A stretch of 64,000 nucleotides of DNA from an uncultured Myxococcales bacterium (GTDB lineage: Bacteria; Myxococcota_A; UBA9042), in the NCBI GenBank assembly GCA_903850505.1, contig CAINLT010000094.1, positions 2,016-66,015 on the forward strand, in the 5' to 3' direction. The position numbers and the translations under genes are program-made. This document shows positions 50,925-60,102 of this stretch, piece by piece. The notes beneath the pieces are model-generated. The model was not told the DNA's origin and ran no database searches. It saw nothing but the letters and a program-made list of their open reading frames with translations. Within the stretch, counting starts at the first letter, position 1, and every line of letters starts with the position of its first letter.

Positions 50925-52939
50925 CCTTCCGGAGTTGGCGCGGGCTGCCTGCGCGCGTACGGCGCATGACTGCGCTCGCCGTTGGCGCGGCCGTCGTACT
51001 TGGCGCGTGGTCACAGCCATGGGCGCTCGATGAGTGGACCCATGACGTCCTGACCCGCGCGGCGTTGGCCAACTATCCGGCGAGCGGCAAGACAGCGGTC
51101 CTTGTCGTCGACGACGCCAGCCTGACTTCGCTGGACCTGCACATGCCGTTGCCGCGCTCCGTGTGGGCGCAAGCCCTGCGCATCGTCGGCCAACACAAGC
51201 CGGCTGCCGTGGCGTTCGACGTCCTGTTTGACCAGCCGGAAGCCCAGCCGGCAGCAGACTTGGCGCGAGTGCTGCTGGACGCCGCTGATGACGCGACCGT
51301 CACGGGCGCCGGGGCCGAAGTCGTCCTTGGCAAGCTGCGTGCGGCGAGCGGGGAAGATGGCGACCGCGCCTTGGTCGAAGCCGCGTCTGCCATCCCCGTG
51401 GTGCTGGGTGCCGCGGCGATCCAGTCCCGTCGCCTCCTCCCGGGGCGGTCGCTTCCGGACTGCATCAAACCGCTCGACGCTGCCGTCCCGGCTTCTGCGC
51501 TCGTGCACAGCGGCGACGACGCGGCTGCGGCCATACCCGCGCTGCAATCGGTCGCGGCTCAGTGCGGGACGCTCAATGTTTGGCCGGACGCGGACGGCGT
51601 CAACCGGCGCTATCCGCTCGCTGTCGGGATGCTCGGCCACGCGGTGCCGAGCCTCGCCGTTGCTGCCCTGCTGGCCGCTGGACTGGTGCGACCGCCAGCG
51701 TTGGCGTCCGCATTGGCGCGCGACCGCGGTCAGCCGCGCTTGACCTATGCCGATCTTGGCCAAGTGCCGCGCATTCGCCTGAGCGACCTGCTCAACCCGG
51801 CGACGTCGCCCCAGGCGCTTGACGACGCCATTGCCGGTCGGGTGCTGCTTGTCGGCTTCGCCGCGATTGCGTCCGGCGATCTGGTGACCACGCCAATCGA
51901 CACGTTGGTTCCCGGCTACGAACTGCATTTGCAGGCCATGGAGGCGCTGCTTGCTGGACGGGTGACGCAGAGCGCCGACTTGCCGCGCTGGCTTGGCGTC
52001 CTTGCGGCGCTGCTCCTCGCCTGCCTCCTTGCGTTGGGCGGGGCGCGGTCGCTGCACACATTGCCCCGTCTGTTTGTTGCGGCGGTCGCCTCGGTATCCG
52101 GCTGGCTGGGCATCGTGTGTGTCGCCGCGATTGCCCTGCACTGGTTCCTGCCGGTGACGCCGGTCTTGGCGGCAGTCGGCGCGACGACGCTCGGTTGGCT
52201 TTGGCAGTGGCGGATGGAGACCGAGGAGGCCCTGCGGCAGGCCGCCGAGCAGCAACGCATCACCGAGATGAAGAGCGAGTTTCTCTCCATGGTCAGCCAC
52301 GAGCTGCGCACGCCGATGACGTCGATTCGCGGCTCTCTCGGGCTGCTCAAGGGCGGCGTACTCGGGCAATTGCCGGACGCCGTGACCAAACTCATCGGCG
52401 TGGCGCAAAGCAACACGGAGCGGCTTGGGCGGCTGGTCGACGACGTGCTCGACCTGCAGAAGATGGACGCAGGGCAGATGGCGCTGCGCCGCGCACCACA
52501 CGAGCTGCGTCACGTCGTGCAGGAGGCTGTTGACGGCGTCAAAGGCTTCGCGGACCAGTACAAAGTCGCGCTGGAAGTCCGCGGCGAGCCAGTGACGCTG
52601 TCGATGGACGCCGACCGCATCATCCAGGTCGTCACCAACTTCGTCTCCAACGCCGTGAAGTTCTCGCCGGAGGGTTCGACGGTGATCCTGACGGTGGACC
52701 GGCGCGGCGATGTCGTGCGCGTCGGCGTGCGCGATCGCGGTCCCGGCGTTCCGGAAGAACTGCGCGGCCGCCTGTTTGGCCGTTTTGCCCAAGCGAAAGG
52801 CGCGGGCAAGCATCCCAAGGGCACTGGACTGGGACTTGCCATCTCGAAGCAGCTCGTTGAGCTGCACGGCGGCACGGTTGGCTTCGACACCGAACTGGGC
52901 GCGGGTACCGAGTTCTGGTTTGAGTTGCCTCTGACTTGA
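50921..52939 (+). CDS. CHASE2-domain sensor histidine kinase
   Basis: GTG 50921 overlaps the FecR-gene stop (GTGA). The CHASE2-like periplasmic region is VLVVDDASLTSLDLHMPLPRSVWAQALRIVGQHKPAAVAFDVLF. Three TM segments follow. The H-box is FLSMVSHELRTPMTSI, with the HATPase N and G boxes (GTGLGLAISKQLVELHGG). Confidence 0.88.
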   Translation: MTFRSWRGLPARVRRMTALAVGAAVVLGAWSQPWALDEWTHDVLTRAALANYPASGKTAVLVVDDASLTSLDLHMPLPRSVWAQALRIVGQHKPAAVAFDVLFDQPEAQPAADLARVLLDAADDATVTGAGAEVVLGKLRAASGEDGDRALVEAASAIPVVLGAAAIQSRRLLPGRSLPDCIKPLDAAVPASALVHSGDDAAAAIPALQSVAAQCGTLNVWPDADGVNRRYPLAVGMLGHAVPSLAVAALLAAGLVRPPALASALARDRGQPRLTYADLGQVPRIRLSDLLNPATSPQALDDAIAGRVLLVGFAAIASGDLVTTPIDTLVPGYELHLQAMEALLAGRVTQSADLPRWLGVLAALLLACLLALGGARSLHTLPRLFVAAVASVSGWLGIVCVAAIALHWFLPVTPVLAAVGATTLGWLWQWRMETEEALRQAAEQQRITEMKSEFLSMVSHELRTPMTSIRGSLGLLKGGVLGQLPDAVTKLIGVAQSNTERLGRLVDDVLDLQKMDAGQMALRRAPHELRHVVQEAVDGVKGFADQYKVALEVRGEPVTLSMDADRIIQVVTNFVSNAVKFSPEGSTVILTVDRRGDVVRVGVRDRGPGVPEELRGRLFGRFAQAKGAGKHPKGTGLGLAISKQLVELHGGTVGFDTELGAGTEFWFELPLT

Positions 52940-52992
52940 ACCGACGGAACGCCACCGACATACTGTCGTGCTGACAGCGCCGAGGGGGAATC

Positions 52993-54483
52993 ATGCCACC
53001 AGAACCTGAGAAGACGATCCTTCACGTGCCCGGTCCGGATGGAGAGTCCGTGAGTCCTCGCGGCCCGACCGTCACTGATCGCGAGTCAGCCCCGCGCGAA
53101 CCATTTGGCCCTGAGCCGAAACTTGGTCAGCTGGTGGCCAACCGCTACTTGCTCGAAAAGCGCTTGGGCGCCGGCGGTTTCGGCGCGGTCTTTGCCGCGG
53201 CGGACACCAATGTCGGCAAGTCCGTGGCCATCAAGATCCTGCACGCGGCTTTCGTCGACAACACGGAAGCTGTGAGTCGGTTTCGCCGCGAGGTCGACTG
53301 CATCGCGCAGATCCGCCACCCCAACGTCATCGCCGTGACGGATTACGGCGTTGATTCGGTCGCTGGCCACTACCTGGTCATGCCGCTGGTCAAGGGCGGA
53401 TCCCTCCACGACCTGATGAGCGAGCGGCGACTCGACATGACGGAGCTTCACCTCATCGTCCGGCAAATCCTCGAAGCGCTGGAGGCCGCCCATGACCTCG
53501 GCGTGGTCCATCAGGACCTGAAGCCGGAGAACATCATGCTCGTGGAGAGCAGGAAGCGCGCGGGCAGTTCCGACGTGTTGCTGCTCGATTTCGGCATCGC
53601 GAAGGTCGCCGATCAGCTGTTGGACAAGTCCAAGCGCGGTGTCCTCGGCACACCTGGCTGGATGAGTCCCGAGCAAATCACCCAGCAGCCCACGGATGCG
53701 CGCAGCGACCTCTACAGCTTGGGCGTGCTGCTGTACTGGCTGTTGACAGGCAATGCCCCCATCGCCGCGGACACGCCCGTTGAAATGATGAAGCGCCACG
53801 TCATGATGCTGCCCCGGCCGCCTTCAGCGACCGACGGAGGCGCGTGGCTGCCGCCGGCGCTGGATTCGTTGGTCCTCGACTTGCTCGCGAAGGATCCACG
53901 CTACCGGCCGCAAACAGCCCAGGACGTGCTGGACCGTTGGCTGGCAGCGCAACCGGAAGCCGTTGAGGCGTGGGCGCTGCGCTTGGTCTGTGGGCACGCT
54001 GCGGCGCCCTTGTCGCCGCGGACCGCGGAGAACACGGTGCTGACGCCAGCCGGCCAAGCGGTTGTCGCGCAAGGGTGGTCTGAGATAGGGCCCTCCGGCA
54101 TGGTCGAGGAAGCGCGCTCCGAGGATGGCGTGCTGATCGTCGACGACGAGGAAGGCATGCGGTTCCTGTTGCGCTCGCTCGTGCAAGCCGTTGGCTGGCC
54201 ATGCTGGACGGTGGCATCGGTCGATGAGGCCATTGCCTGGATCCAGGAGCGCGGCCATCCCCGGGTGCTCGTGACCGACCTGATGATGCCGCGCGCGACG
54301 GCGTTCGACATGCTCAGCGCGCTCGATGTGCTCGGCTACCAAGGCGGCCGCGTCGTGTGCACGTCGGTCTCGTCGGGCCCGGTACGCGAGACGGCCGAGC
54401 GCCAAGGTGCGTTCTTCGTCAACAAGGCGACCGAGTTGTACAAGCTGCCAGATATCCTGCAGCAGTTTCGCCCGGCAAACTGA
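52993..54483 (+). CDS. Hanks-type Ser/Thr protein kinase fused to a C-terminal receiver (REC) domain
   Basis: Kinase motifs are GAGGFGAVFAA, VAIKIL, HQDLKPENIM, DFGIAK and GTPGWMSPEQ. The C-terminal REC reads LIVDDEEGMRFLL...VLVTDLMMP...FFVNKA. Confidence 0.88.
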   Translation: MPPEPEKTILHVPGPDGESVSPRGPTVTDRESAPREPFGPEPKLGQLVANRYLLEKRLGAGGFGAVFAAADTNVGKSVAIKILHAAFVDNTEAVSRFRREVDCIAQIRHPNVIAVTDYGVDSVAGHYLVMPLVKGGSLHDLMSERRLDMTELHLIVRQILEALEAAHDLGVVHQDLKPENIMLVESRKRAGSSDVLLLDFGIAKVADQLLDKSKRGVLGTPGWMSPEQITQQPTDARSDLYSLGVLLYWLLTGNAPIAADTPVEMMKRHVMMLPRPPSATDGGAWLPPALDSLVLDLLAKDPRYRPQTAQDVLDRWLAAQPEAVEAWALRLVCGHAAAPLSPRTAENTVLTPAGQAVVAQGWSEIGPSGMVEEARSEDGVLIVDDEEGMRFLLRSLVQAVGWPCWTVASVDEAIAWIQERGHPRVLVTDLMMPRATAFDMLSALDVLGYQGGRVVCTSVSSGPVRETAERQGAFFVNKATELYKLPDILQQFRPAN

Positions 54484-54496
54484 GTAGGTCCCAACG

Positions 54497-54886
54497 ATGC
54501 GTGACCCCATCGACCTGCTGCCCGCCGAACGCTTTGATCCGCTGCCACTGGCGCGCCTCGCGCAGATTGGCGGCCCCAATCTGGCGGCGACGTTGGCTGG
54601 GATGTTCCTTGGCACCGCTGTGGCGCGCGGGGACGCGATCGCGGCGGCGGCGGCAGCGCAAGATTGGCAGACGTGCAGCCGGCTGGCGCATGCGCTGCGG
54701 GCCACGGCGGGCAACGTCGGGGCGCGGCGGGTGCATGATCTGTGCGAGCGCGTGGAGAATGCCGTGACCGACGGCGAGGATGCCGTCGTCGCGGATTTGG
54801 CGGCGTTGGCGCCCATTGAGATCGCCGAGGCGTTGAAGACGGTCAACGGCTGGTTGGCGGCGCAAACAGTTGCGCAACCGCGGTGA
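54497..54886 (+). CDS. Histidine phosphotransfer (Hpt) domain protein
   Basis: The 129-aa product is predicted helical. The phosphorylatable His context is RLAHALRATAGNVGARRV, compared with the consensus HxLKGSxxxxGA. Confidence 0.72.
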   Translation: MRDPIDLLPAERFDPLPLARLAQIGGPNLAATLAGMFLGTAVARGDAIAAAAAAQDWQTCSRLAHALRATAGNVGARRVHDLCERVENAVTDGEDAVVADLAALAPIEIAEALKTVNGWLAAQTVAQPR

Positions 54887-54898
54887 CGAGGAGGGAAG

Positions 54899-55270
54899 AT
54901 GACCTGCGTGTTGTTGGTGGATGATGAACCGGACATCCAGTTGATCGGCCAGACCACCCTGGAGTTGCTCGGCGGGTACGATGTGCTCGTCGCCGGGACC
55001 GGTGCGGAGGCGCTGGCGCTGGCGGCGGAGAATGGCGTCGACGCCGTGCTGCTGGACTACATGCTGCCGGACATGGATGGGCCGGCGGTGTTCAGGGCCT
55101 TGCGGCAGTTGCCCGGCCATGGCGCAACGCCGGTGATCTTTGTGACGGGCAAGTCGCGGCCGGAGGAAGTCGCGCAACTGACGGCGCTGGGCGCGGTCGG
55201 CGTGATTGGCAAGCCGTTTGACCCGATGACCCTGTGCGCGGATGTGGTGCGGCTTGCCGGGATTGCCTAG
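54899..55270 (+). CDS. Single-domain CheY-like response regulator
   Basis: GGAGGG lies upstream of the start. Receiver motifs are VLLVDDEPDI, AVLLDYMLPDMDG, VIFVTGK and GKPFDP. Confidence 0.88.
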   Translation: MTCVLLVDDEPDIQLIGQTTLELLGGYDVLVAGTGAEALALAAENGVDAVLLDYMLPDMDGPAVFRALRQLPGHGATPVIFVTGKSRPEEVAQLTALGAVGVIGKPFDPMTLCADVVRLAGIA

Positions 55271-55311
55271 GGTGCCCAGCTCGCCGCGCGGCGCGCCAGC
55301 GGCCAAAACCG

Positions 55312-56811
55312 TCAGATTCGCTCGCGCTTCTGTGAACCTGGACGCGGCGCGCCCAAGCGCAACAACTCCTCGGTGAGCGACTGGATGTCTTCCGACTTGT
55401 TGACGAAGCCTGCACCGCTGGCGAGGATCTCGGCGCGAATCGCCTTGGATGTCAGGCTGCTGCAAAAGACCACCGGACCGGTGTAGCCGATCTTGCGGAT
55501 GTTGGTCAGCAGGTCGAGGCCGCGTACGCCGGGCATCAGGACGTCGGCGACGATTCCGTCCGGCCACGCGTTCTGCATCAGGTACTCGATCGCCGCGGGG
55601 GCTGAATCAACCGTGACGCAATCCCACCCGCCGACCTGCAGCACTGCGCGCACGAGGTAGCGCATCGCCTCATCGTCGTCGATGACGAGAATTCGCGGCA
55701 GGGGACCGGCGAATGCCTGCGCGGCGTTGCCGACCGACATCCCTTCGACCGTTGCCGACTCCGTTTGCCCGGGCGCCGCGGGCGTTGCCTTGGCATCGGC
55801 AGGCGGATGGATTGGCTCACGCTCGCCGCCGACGAAGCGCGCCGCCCACGCCTCGCTGGCTGCCGGTTGTACCGCCAACCAGCGCTGCAGGACCTCGCCA
55901 ACCGACGCCGGGCGCTGTCCCGGATCCTTGGCCAGCATCGCCAGGACGAGGCTGTCGACCGCTGCCGGGACCCATTCGCCATAGCCGACCGTTGACGGCG
56001 GGGGCGGCAATTCGTGCAGCTGCTGGCGCAACAACTCGTTGGGATCGTCGGACAGGAAGGGGCCTTTGCCGGACAGGATCTCAAACAGCAGCACGCCGAG
56101 GCTATAGACGTCCGTGCGCGCATCGATCTTGCCGCCGGACACCACTTCCGGGGCCATCGACGCCGCCGTGCCGAACACGCATCCACGCGTGGCAAGTTGC
56201 GCAGGATCGCCGACATCGAGCCGCATGCTCGCCAGGCCAAAATCCAGCAACTTGACGCTCCATCCCGTCGCCGTCGTCGAATCGCGGGCCAGAAAGACGT
56301 TCTCCGACTTGACGTCGCGGTGGATCACCCCAGCTTGGTGGGCGGCATCGAGCGCGCTCACGGTCTGCTTCAGGACCTCGTGGACCTCCGTGATGGTCAG
56401 CGCCCCGCGCGCCAGGCGCTGCCAGAGCGACTGGCCCTTGAGCAGCTGCATCACGATGAAGTAGCCGGCGCGCTCGTCGTAGCCAAAATCAAAGACTTCA
56501 ATGACGTGCGGATTGCGGATTCGCGCGACGGCGCGCACTTCCTGCTTGAAGCGCGCGACGCTGGCCTCGTCGGAACGGCCCGCTTGATGCATCATCTTGA
56601 CGGCGACTTCCATTGGGATTCTGGTGTGTTGTGCGCGATAGACGGCGCCAAAACCGCCCTTGCCGATGACCTCGTCCAAGCGGTAGCGGTCCTCAATGAC
56701 GTAGCCAAGCAGGGCGCCATCGCCGCCGTCCAACGCCAGCAACTTCTTGTCGCCTCGCGCGGCAAGCCGGACCACGAGGCGCGCTGCGCCGCAGACAGGG
56801 CAATGCTTCAT
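55312..56811 (-). CDS. Hanks-type Ser/Thr protein kinase with an N-terminal zinc-ribbon-like CPVCG and a C-terminal receiver domain; paralogue of 52993..54483
   Basis: I place the start at ATG 56811 (MKHCPVCGAARL). Kinase motifs are GKGGFGAVYRA, VAVKMM, HRDVKSENVF and DFGLAS. The REC reads ILVIDDDEAMRYLV...IVADVLMPGVRGLDLL...GFVNKS. The track start at 57108 adds a non-coding-like extension. Confidence 0.88.
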   Translation of the reverse strand: MKHCPVCGAARLVVRLAARGDKKLLALDGGDGALLGYVIEDRYRLDEVIGKGGFGAVYRAQHTRIPMEVAVKMMHQAGRSDEASVARFKQEVRAVARIRNPHVIEVFDFGYDERAGYFIVMQLLKGQSLWQRLARGALTITEVHEVLKQTVSALDAAHQAGVIHRDVKSENVFLARDSTTATGWSVKLLDFGLASMRLDVGDPAQLATRGCVFGTAASMAPEVVSGGKIDARTDVYSLGVLLFEILSGKGPFLSDDPNELLRQQLHELPPPPSTVGYGEWVPAAVDSLVLAMLAKDPGQRPASVGEVLQRWLAVQPAASEAWAARFVGGEREPIHPPADAKATPAAPGQTESATVEGMSVGNAAQAFAGPLPRILVIDDDEAMRYLVRAVLQVGGWDCVTVDSAPAAIEYLMQNAWPDGIVADVLMPGVRGLDLLTNIRKIGYTGPVVFCSSLTSKAIRAEILASGAGFVNKSEDIQSLTEELLRLGAPRPGSQKRERI

Positions 56812-56906
56812 CGGGGGCCCTTCATGGCAGCACTCATGCCGACGGGGCCCTCTATAACGCAAATTCCAGCCGAGCGCGACATTGGCCCTGTCGCTGAATC
56901 GCGCCG

Positions 56907-57509
56907 TCAGTTCGCGGAGCTCCGGCAAATTCCCTGACTGGCGCTGCAGTACTTGTTGTGTTGGGTCTGGTCGCAATCCGCCTGCACCTTGCACTTCTGG
57001 CCGGCAAAGCACTTCTTGGTGCACGAGCCGCCGCAGTCCACGTCCGTCTCGTCGCCGCTGAGGATCTTGTCGTGGCAAGTGCTGAAAGCGCAGGTCCCGT
57101 TGACGCACTTCTCCGTCAGGCAGCCGGAATCAAACTTGCACGTATCGCCGACGTCGCAGTTGGACATCTCCAGCTTGGGCGTGCAGACCGCGGACAGGCA
57201 CGTGGCCATGAGTGTGCAGGCGATGCCGTCGTTGCATTGGATGTTGTCCGGCATCGGCGTCGGGGCGCGGGCGCCAGCGGTGCAGAAGTCCTGGGTGCAG
57301 GAGTGGCCGTCGTCGCAGTTGGCGTTGATCAGGCTCAGCACCAGCCAGTAGTTCTTGCCCGCAACGACGGGCACGCCAAGATCCGGGAACTTGAACGCGT
57401 ACGGCCCCGGCTTGGCGCGATCGAGCGTGGGCGCAACGCACGTGTTCGGCAGGCCGTTGGTGGAGATCAGCGCCAGCAGCGCCGCCGTTTCGCTACTTCC
57501 CCACCACAA
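56907..57509 (-). CDS. Cys-rich protein related to the CTxDxC family, with an uncertain TTG start and no clear signal peptide
   Basis: It contains NCDDGHSCTQDFCTAG, CNDGIACTLMATCLSAVC and DCGGSCTKKCFAGQKC. The only start is TTG 57509, 7 codons after an in-frame stop, and it overlaps the upstream propeller gene by 17 nt. Confidence 0.5.
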   Translation of the reverse strand: MWWGSSETAALLALISTNGLPNTCVAPTLDRAKPGPYAFKFPDLGVPVVAGKNYWLVLSLINANCDDGHSCTQDFCTAGARAPTPMPDNIQCNDGIACTLMATCLSAVCTPKLEMSNCDVGDTCKFDSGCLTEKCVNGTCAFSTCHDKILSGDETDVDCGGSCTKKCFAGQKCKVQADCDQTQHNKYCSASQGICRSSAN

Positions 57510-58545
57510 GCACGAAGAAGCTCCCCGGCGTCACGCTCGGCCGCGGCGCCTGACCCGTCGGCGGAGTTGGCAGCGTCTCAAACTGCGCGGCCGGCAGGAA
57601 TACATGCCCGGTCTTGGGATCCACCGCCAGCGTCCGCGAACCTTTGACGGTCACCACGTCCTCGACGCGCGTGAAAACGCCGTGCTCCGCCTTCAGCACC
57701 GTCAGCAGTCCCTCCCGCGCCGAGACGTAGCCAAACCCGCGCGCCGCATCGTAGGCCGCCGCATCCACGCCATCGCCGGTCTTGAAATCCTGCAGCACCT
57801 TGCCGGTCTGCGCGTCGATGGCCACCGCCGTGCGGTTGCTGCAACCGACAAGCAGCTTCTTCGCCTCGGGAACCAGCGCCAGGCCAGTCGGCTCCTCGCA
57901 CGGCGCCAGTGGGTACCGCGCGGCGATCTCCGCCGGCTTGTCCTTGGCCACGCGCAGGACCACCAGCTCGCTCGTGTCCTCGATGTTGACGTAGATGCGC
58001 CCGGCGCCATCGCTCACCGCAAATTCCGGCTTGCCGCCGAGCGCCAGCGTTTGCCCGACCGTCAGCGTCGCCGGATCGACGATCGCCGCGCTCTTGTCCT
58101 TGCCATTGAACGCGAAGAGCTTCCGCGTGAACGGATCGAGCAGCAGCGCGTCCGGATTCTCGCCGACCTTGACGCGTCCCGTGACCTTGAGCGACGTCAG
58201 ATCAAACGCGACAACTTCGCCGGTCCTGCCAGACGTTGCGAATCCGCGCTGGAGCTCAGGCGCGGGCACGACGCCATGGGCGCCTTCCAGGCCGGGCACT
58301 TCGCCGATCAGCGCGCCGGAGTCCGCGTCGATGACCATGACGCGGTTCGAGCGGGCGATGTACAGCCGACGGGCGGCGGCGTCGACGGTCAAGTAGTCCC
58401 AGCCGCCATTGCCGCCGAGCTTGTAGTGGGCGATTTCGTGCCGGCCAGCGGGCGGTGCGGCAAACGCGGAGGTGGCCCCGACGAGCCCGGCGCAGCACGC
58501 CAATGCGCGCGCGCGTTTCAGGCTCCGGTTGATGAACTGACCCAT
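57493..58545 (-). CDS. Secreted YncE/YVTN-type beta-propeller protein
   Basis: The signal peptide is KRARALACCAGLVGATSAFA. Repeated blades read RRLYIARSNRVMVIDADSGALIGEV, GEVVAFDLTSLKVTGRVKVGENPDALLLD, RKLFAFNGKDKSAAIVDPATL and GRIYVNIEDTSELVVL. Confidence 0.8.
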   Translation of the reverse strand: MGQFINRSLKRARALACCAGLVGATSAFAAPPAGRHEIAHYKLGGNGGWDYLTVDAAARRLYIARSNRVMVIDADSGALIGEVPGLEGAHGVVPAPELQRGFATSGRTGEVVAFDLTSLKVTGRVKVGENPDALLLDPFTRKLFAFNGKDKSAAIVDPATLTVGQTLALGGKPEFAVSDGAGRIYVNIEDTSELVVLRVAKDKPAEIAARYPLAPCEEPTGLALVPEAKKLLVGCSNRTAVAIDAQTGKVLQDFKTGDGVDAAAYDAARGFGYVSAREGLLTVLKAEHGVFTRVEDVVTVKGSRTLAVDPKTGHVFLPAAQFETLPTPPTGQAPRPSVTPGSFFVLVVGK

Positions 58546-58659
58546 GGCGATCGCTCCTGCGATTGTGTTGAAGTGCGCGCACGGGCCCCGTCCACCGCTA
58601 GCGCGTGGCAGTATGCGTGAACGCGCACGGTGGGCAACTCCGCACCGTCATTGCGCACC

Positions 58660-60102
58660 ATGGCGAGGCTGGATAGAGTCGGCGCGCCGCGCTGGCCATC
58701 CCGCGGCAGCGCATTGAGGGGAGCGAAACTGCACAGCCGTTCAGCCAGCATCGCCCGACTCTGCTGTGTCCTCGGCACGCTGGCGTCGGCGTGTTCGGCG
58801 TATGTCGCCAAGCCGCTCGATGACGCCGCCATTGCCGACCGCCTGCGCGGTGAGCCGATGGCGCGGCTGACGGAGCGCGCCCAGCAACTGCACCTCCCCG
58901 GTGCGCCGACCGCGGTGCAGATCGACGAACACGGCGCGATGAATGCGCTCGGCGCGGCGGCGTTGGCGGTCGTCGCGCAGCCGAATTTGCGGGCGTCCCG
59001 GACGCGCGCGGGGATTGCGCAGGCGCAGCTGACCGCCGCAGGGATCCTGCCCAATCCGACGCTTTCGGCGGGCATGGACGTGCCGATCCTCGGCGCGGCG
59101 GGGACTTCGCTGGGGTTGGGGCTTGGGCTGTCCTGGGAGATCACCGCGCTGCTGACGCGACCGGCGAATCGTCAGGCGGCGCAGGCGCAGGTGGAAGCGG
59201 TCGATCTGGAAATTGCCTGGGAGGAGTGGCAAACGGCGATGGCGGCGCAGTTGAGCGCGACGCGGCTGGCGTGGTTGGAAGTGCGCGTGGCGGCGGCCGA
59301 AACCGATGCCGGGCTGGCGCGCGACTTTGCCGAGCGGCTGACGCGCGCCGTGACGCAACACGCCGCGACGTCCTTGGATGCCGATGCGGCGGCGGCGGCG
59401 GCCGAGAACGCCGCGCAGCGGGCGGTGGCGCTGCACGGGCAAGTGGCGGCAGAACTGCTGGTGCTCAAGCGGGCGATTGGTTTGCCGAGCGCCGCAGAAA
59501 TTGCCGTGACGGAGCCGACCCCCATGACGCCGCGTCCCGTTGCCGATGCGGCGGCGCTGCGCGACCAGATGCCTGCTCGCCGACTGGATTTGCTCGGCCT
59601 CCAGCGCGCGTACGCGAGCCAGGACGCGCGGCTGCATGCGGCGGTGCTGAGCCAGTTTCCGCGCCTGGCCCTGGGCCTGAATGCGGCGCGGGACACGGCG
59701 GGCGTTGGCACGGCGGGGCTGGGCGTGGCGATCGACGTGCCCATCTTTGACCGCGGCCAAGGGCGGATCGCCATGGAGACGGCGACGCGCGACCAGCTTT
59801 TTGAGGTCTACCTCGCGCGTCGTGCCGAGGCGCAAGCCGACCTGGCCAAAGTGTTGCAGGAACTGGCCGCGACCGAGCAGCAACTCACGCAGGTTGCCAA
59901 GGTGCTGGAGCGCTTGCAAAAGTTGGCCGCCGCGTTGACGCTGGCGCTCGAGCATCGTCAGGCCGATGCGGTGACGGTGTTTGCGGTGCGGCAACAGCTG
60001 ATGGATGCCCGGCAAAATCACATGGCGCTCGCACAGTTGCATGCAGAGCTGCGCGTGGCGCTGCAGGCCGTCGTTGGACAGTACCTGCCGGAGGATCGCT
60101 AG
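58660..60102 (+). CDS. Outer-membrane efflux protein (TolC/CzcC-like OMF)
   Basis: The lipobox is CVLGTLASAC. Repeated OEP-like helical segments include AVVAQPNLRASRTRAGIAQAQLTAAGILPNPTL. It is the first gene of an OMF-MFP-RND operon. GTG 58630 is an alternative start. Confidence 0.8.
   Translation: MARLDRVGAPRWPSRGSALRGAKLHSRSASIARLCCVLGTLASACSAYVAKPLDDAAIADRLRGEPMARLTERAQQLHLPGAPTAVQIDEHGAMNALGAAALAVVAQPNLRASRTRAGIAQAQLTAAGILPNPTLSAGMDVPILGAAGTSLGLGLGLSWEITALLTRPANRQAAQAQVEAVDLEIAWEEWQTAMAAQLSATRLAWLEVRVAAAETDAGLARDFAERLTRAVTQHAATSLDADAAAAAAENAAQRAVALHGQVAAELLVLKRAIGLPSAAEIAVTEPTPMTPRPVADAAALRDQMPARRLDLLGLQRAYASQDARLHAAVLSQFPRLALGLNAARDTAGVGTAGLGVAIDVPIFDRGQGRIAMETATRDQLFEVYLARRAEAQADLAKVLQELAATEQQLTQVAKVLERLQKLAAALTLALEHRQADAVTVFAVRQQLMDARQNHMALAQLHAELRVALQAVVGQYLPEDR

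Noticed and set aside
51011-52867. 618-aa minus ORF
   Set aside because: It is antisense to the CHASE2 histidine kinase, which shows H-box and ATPase motifs.
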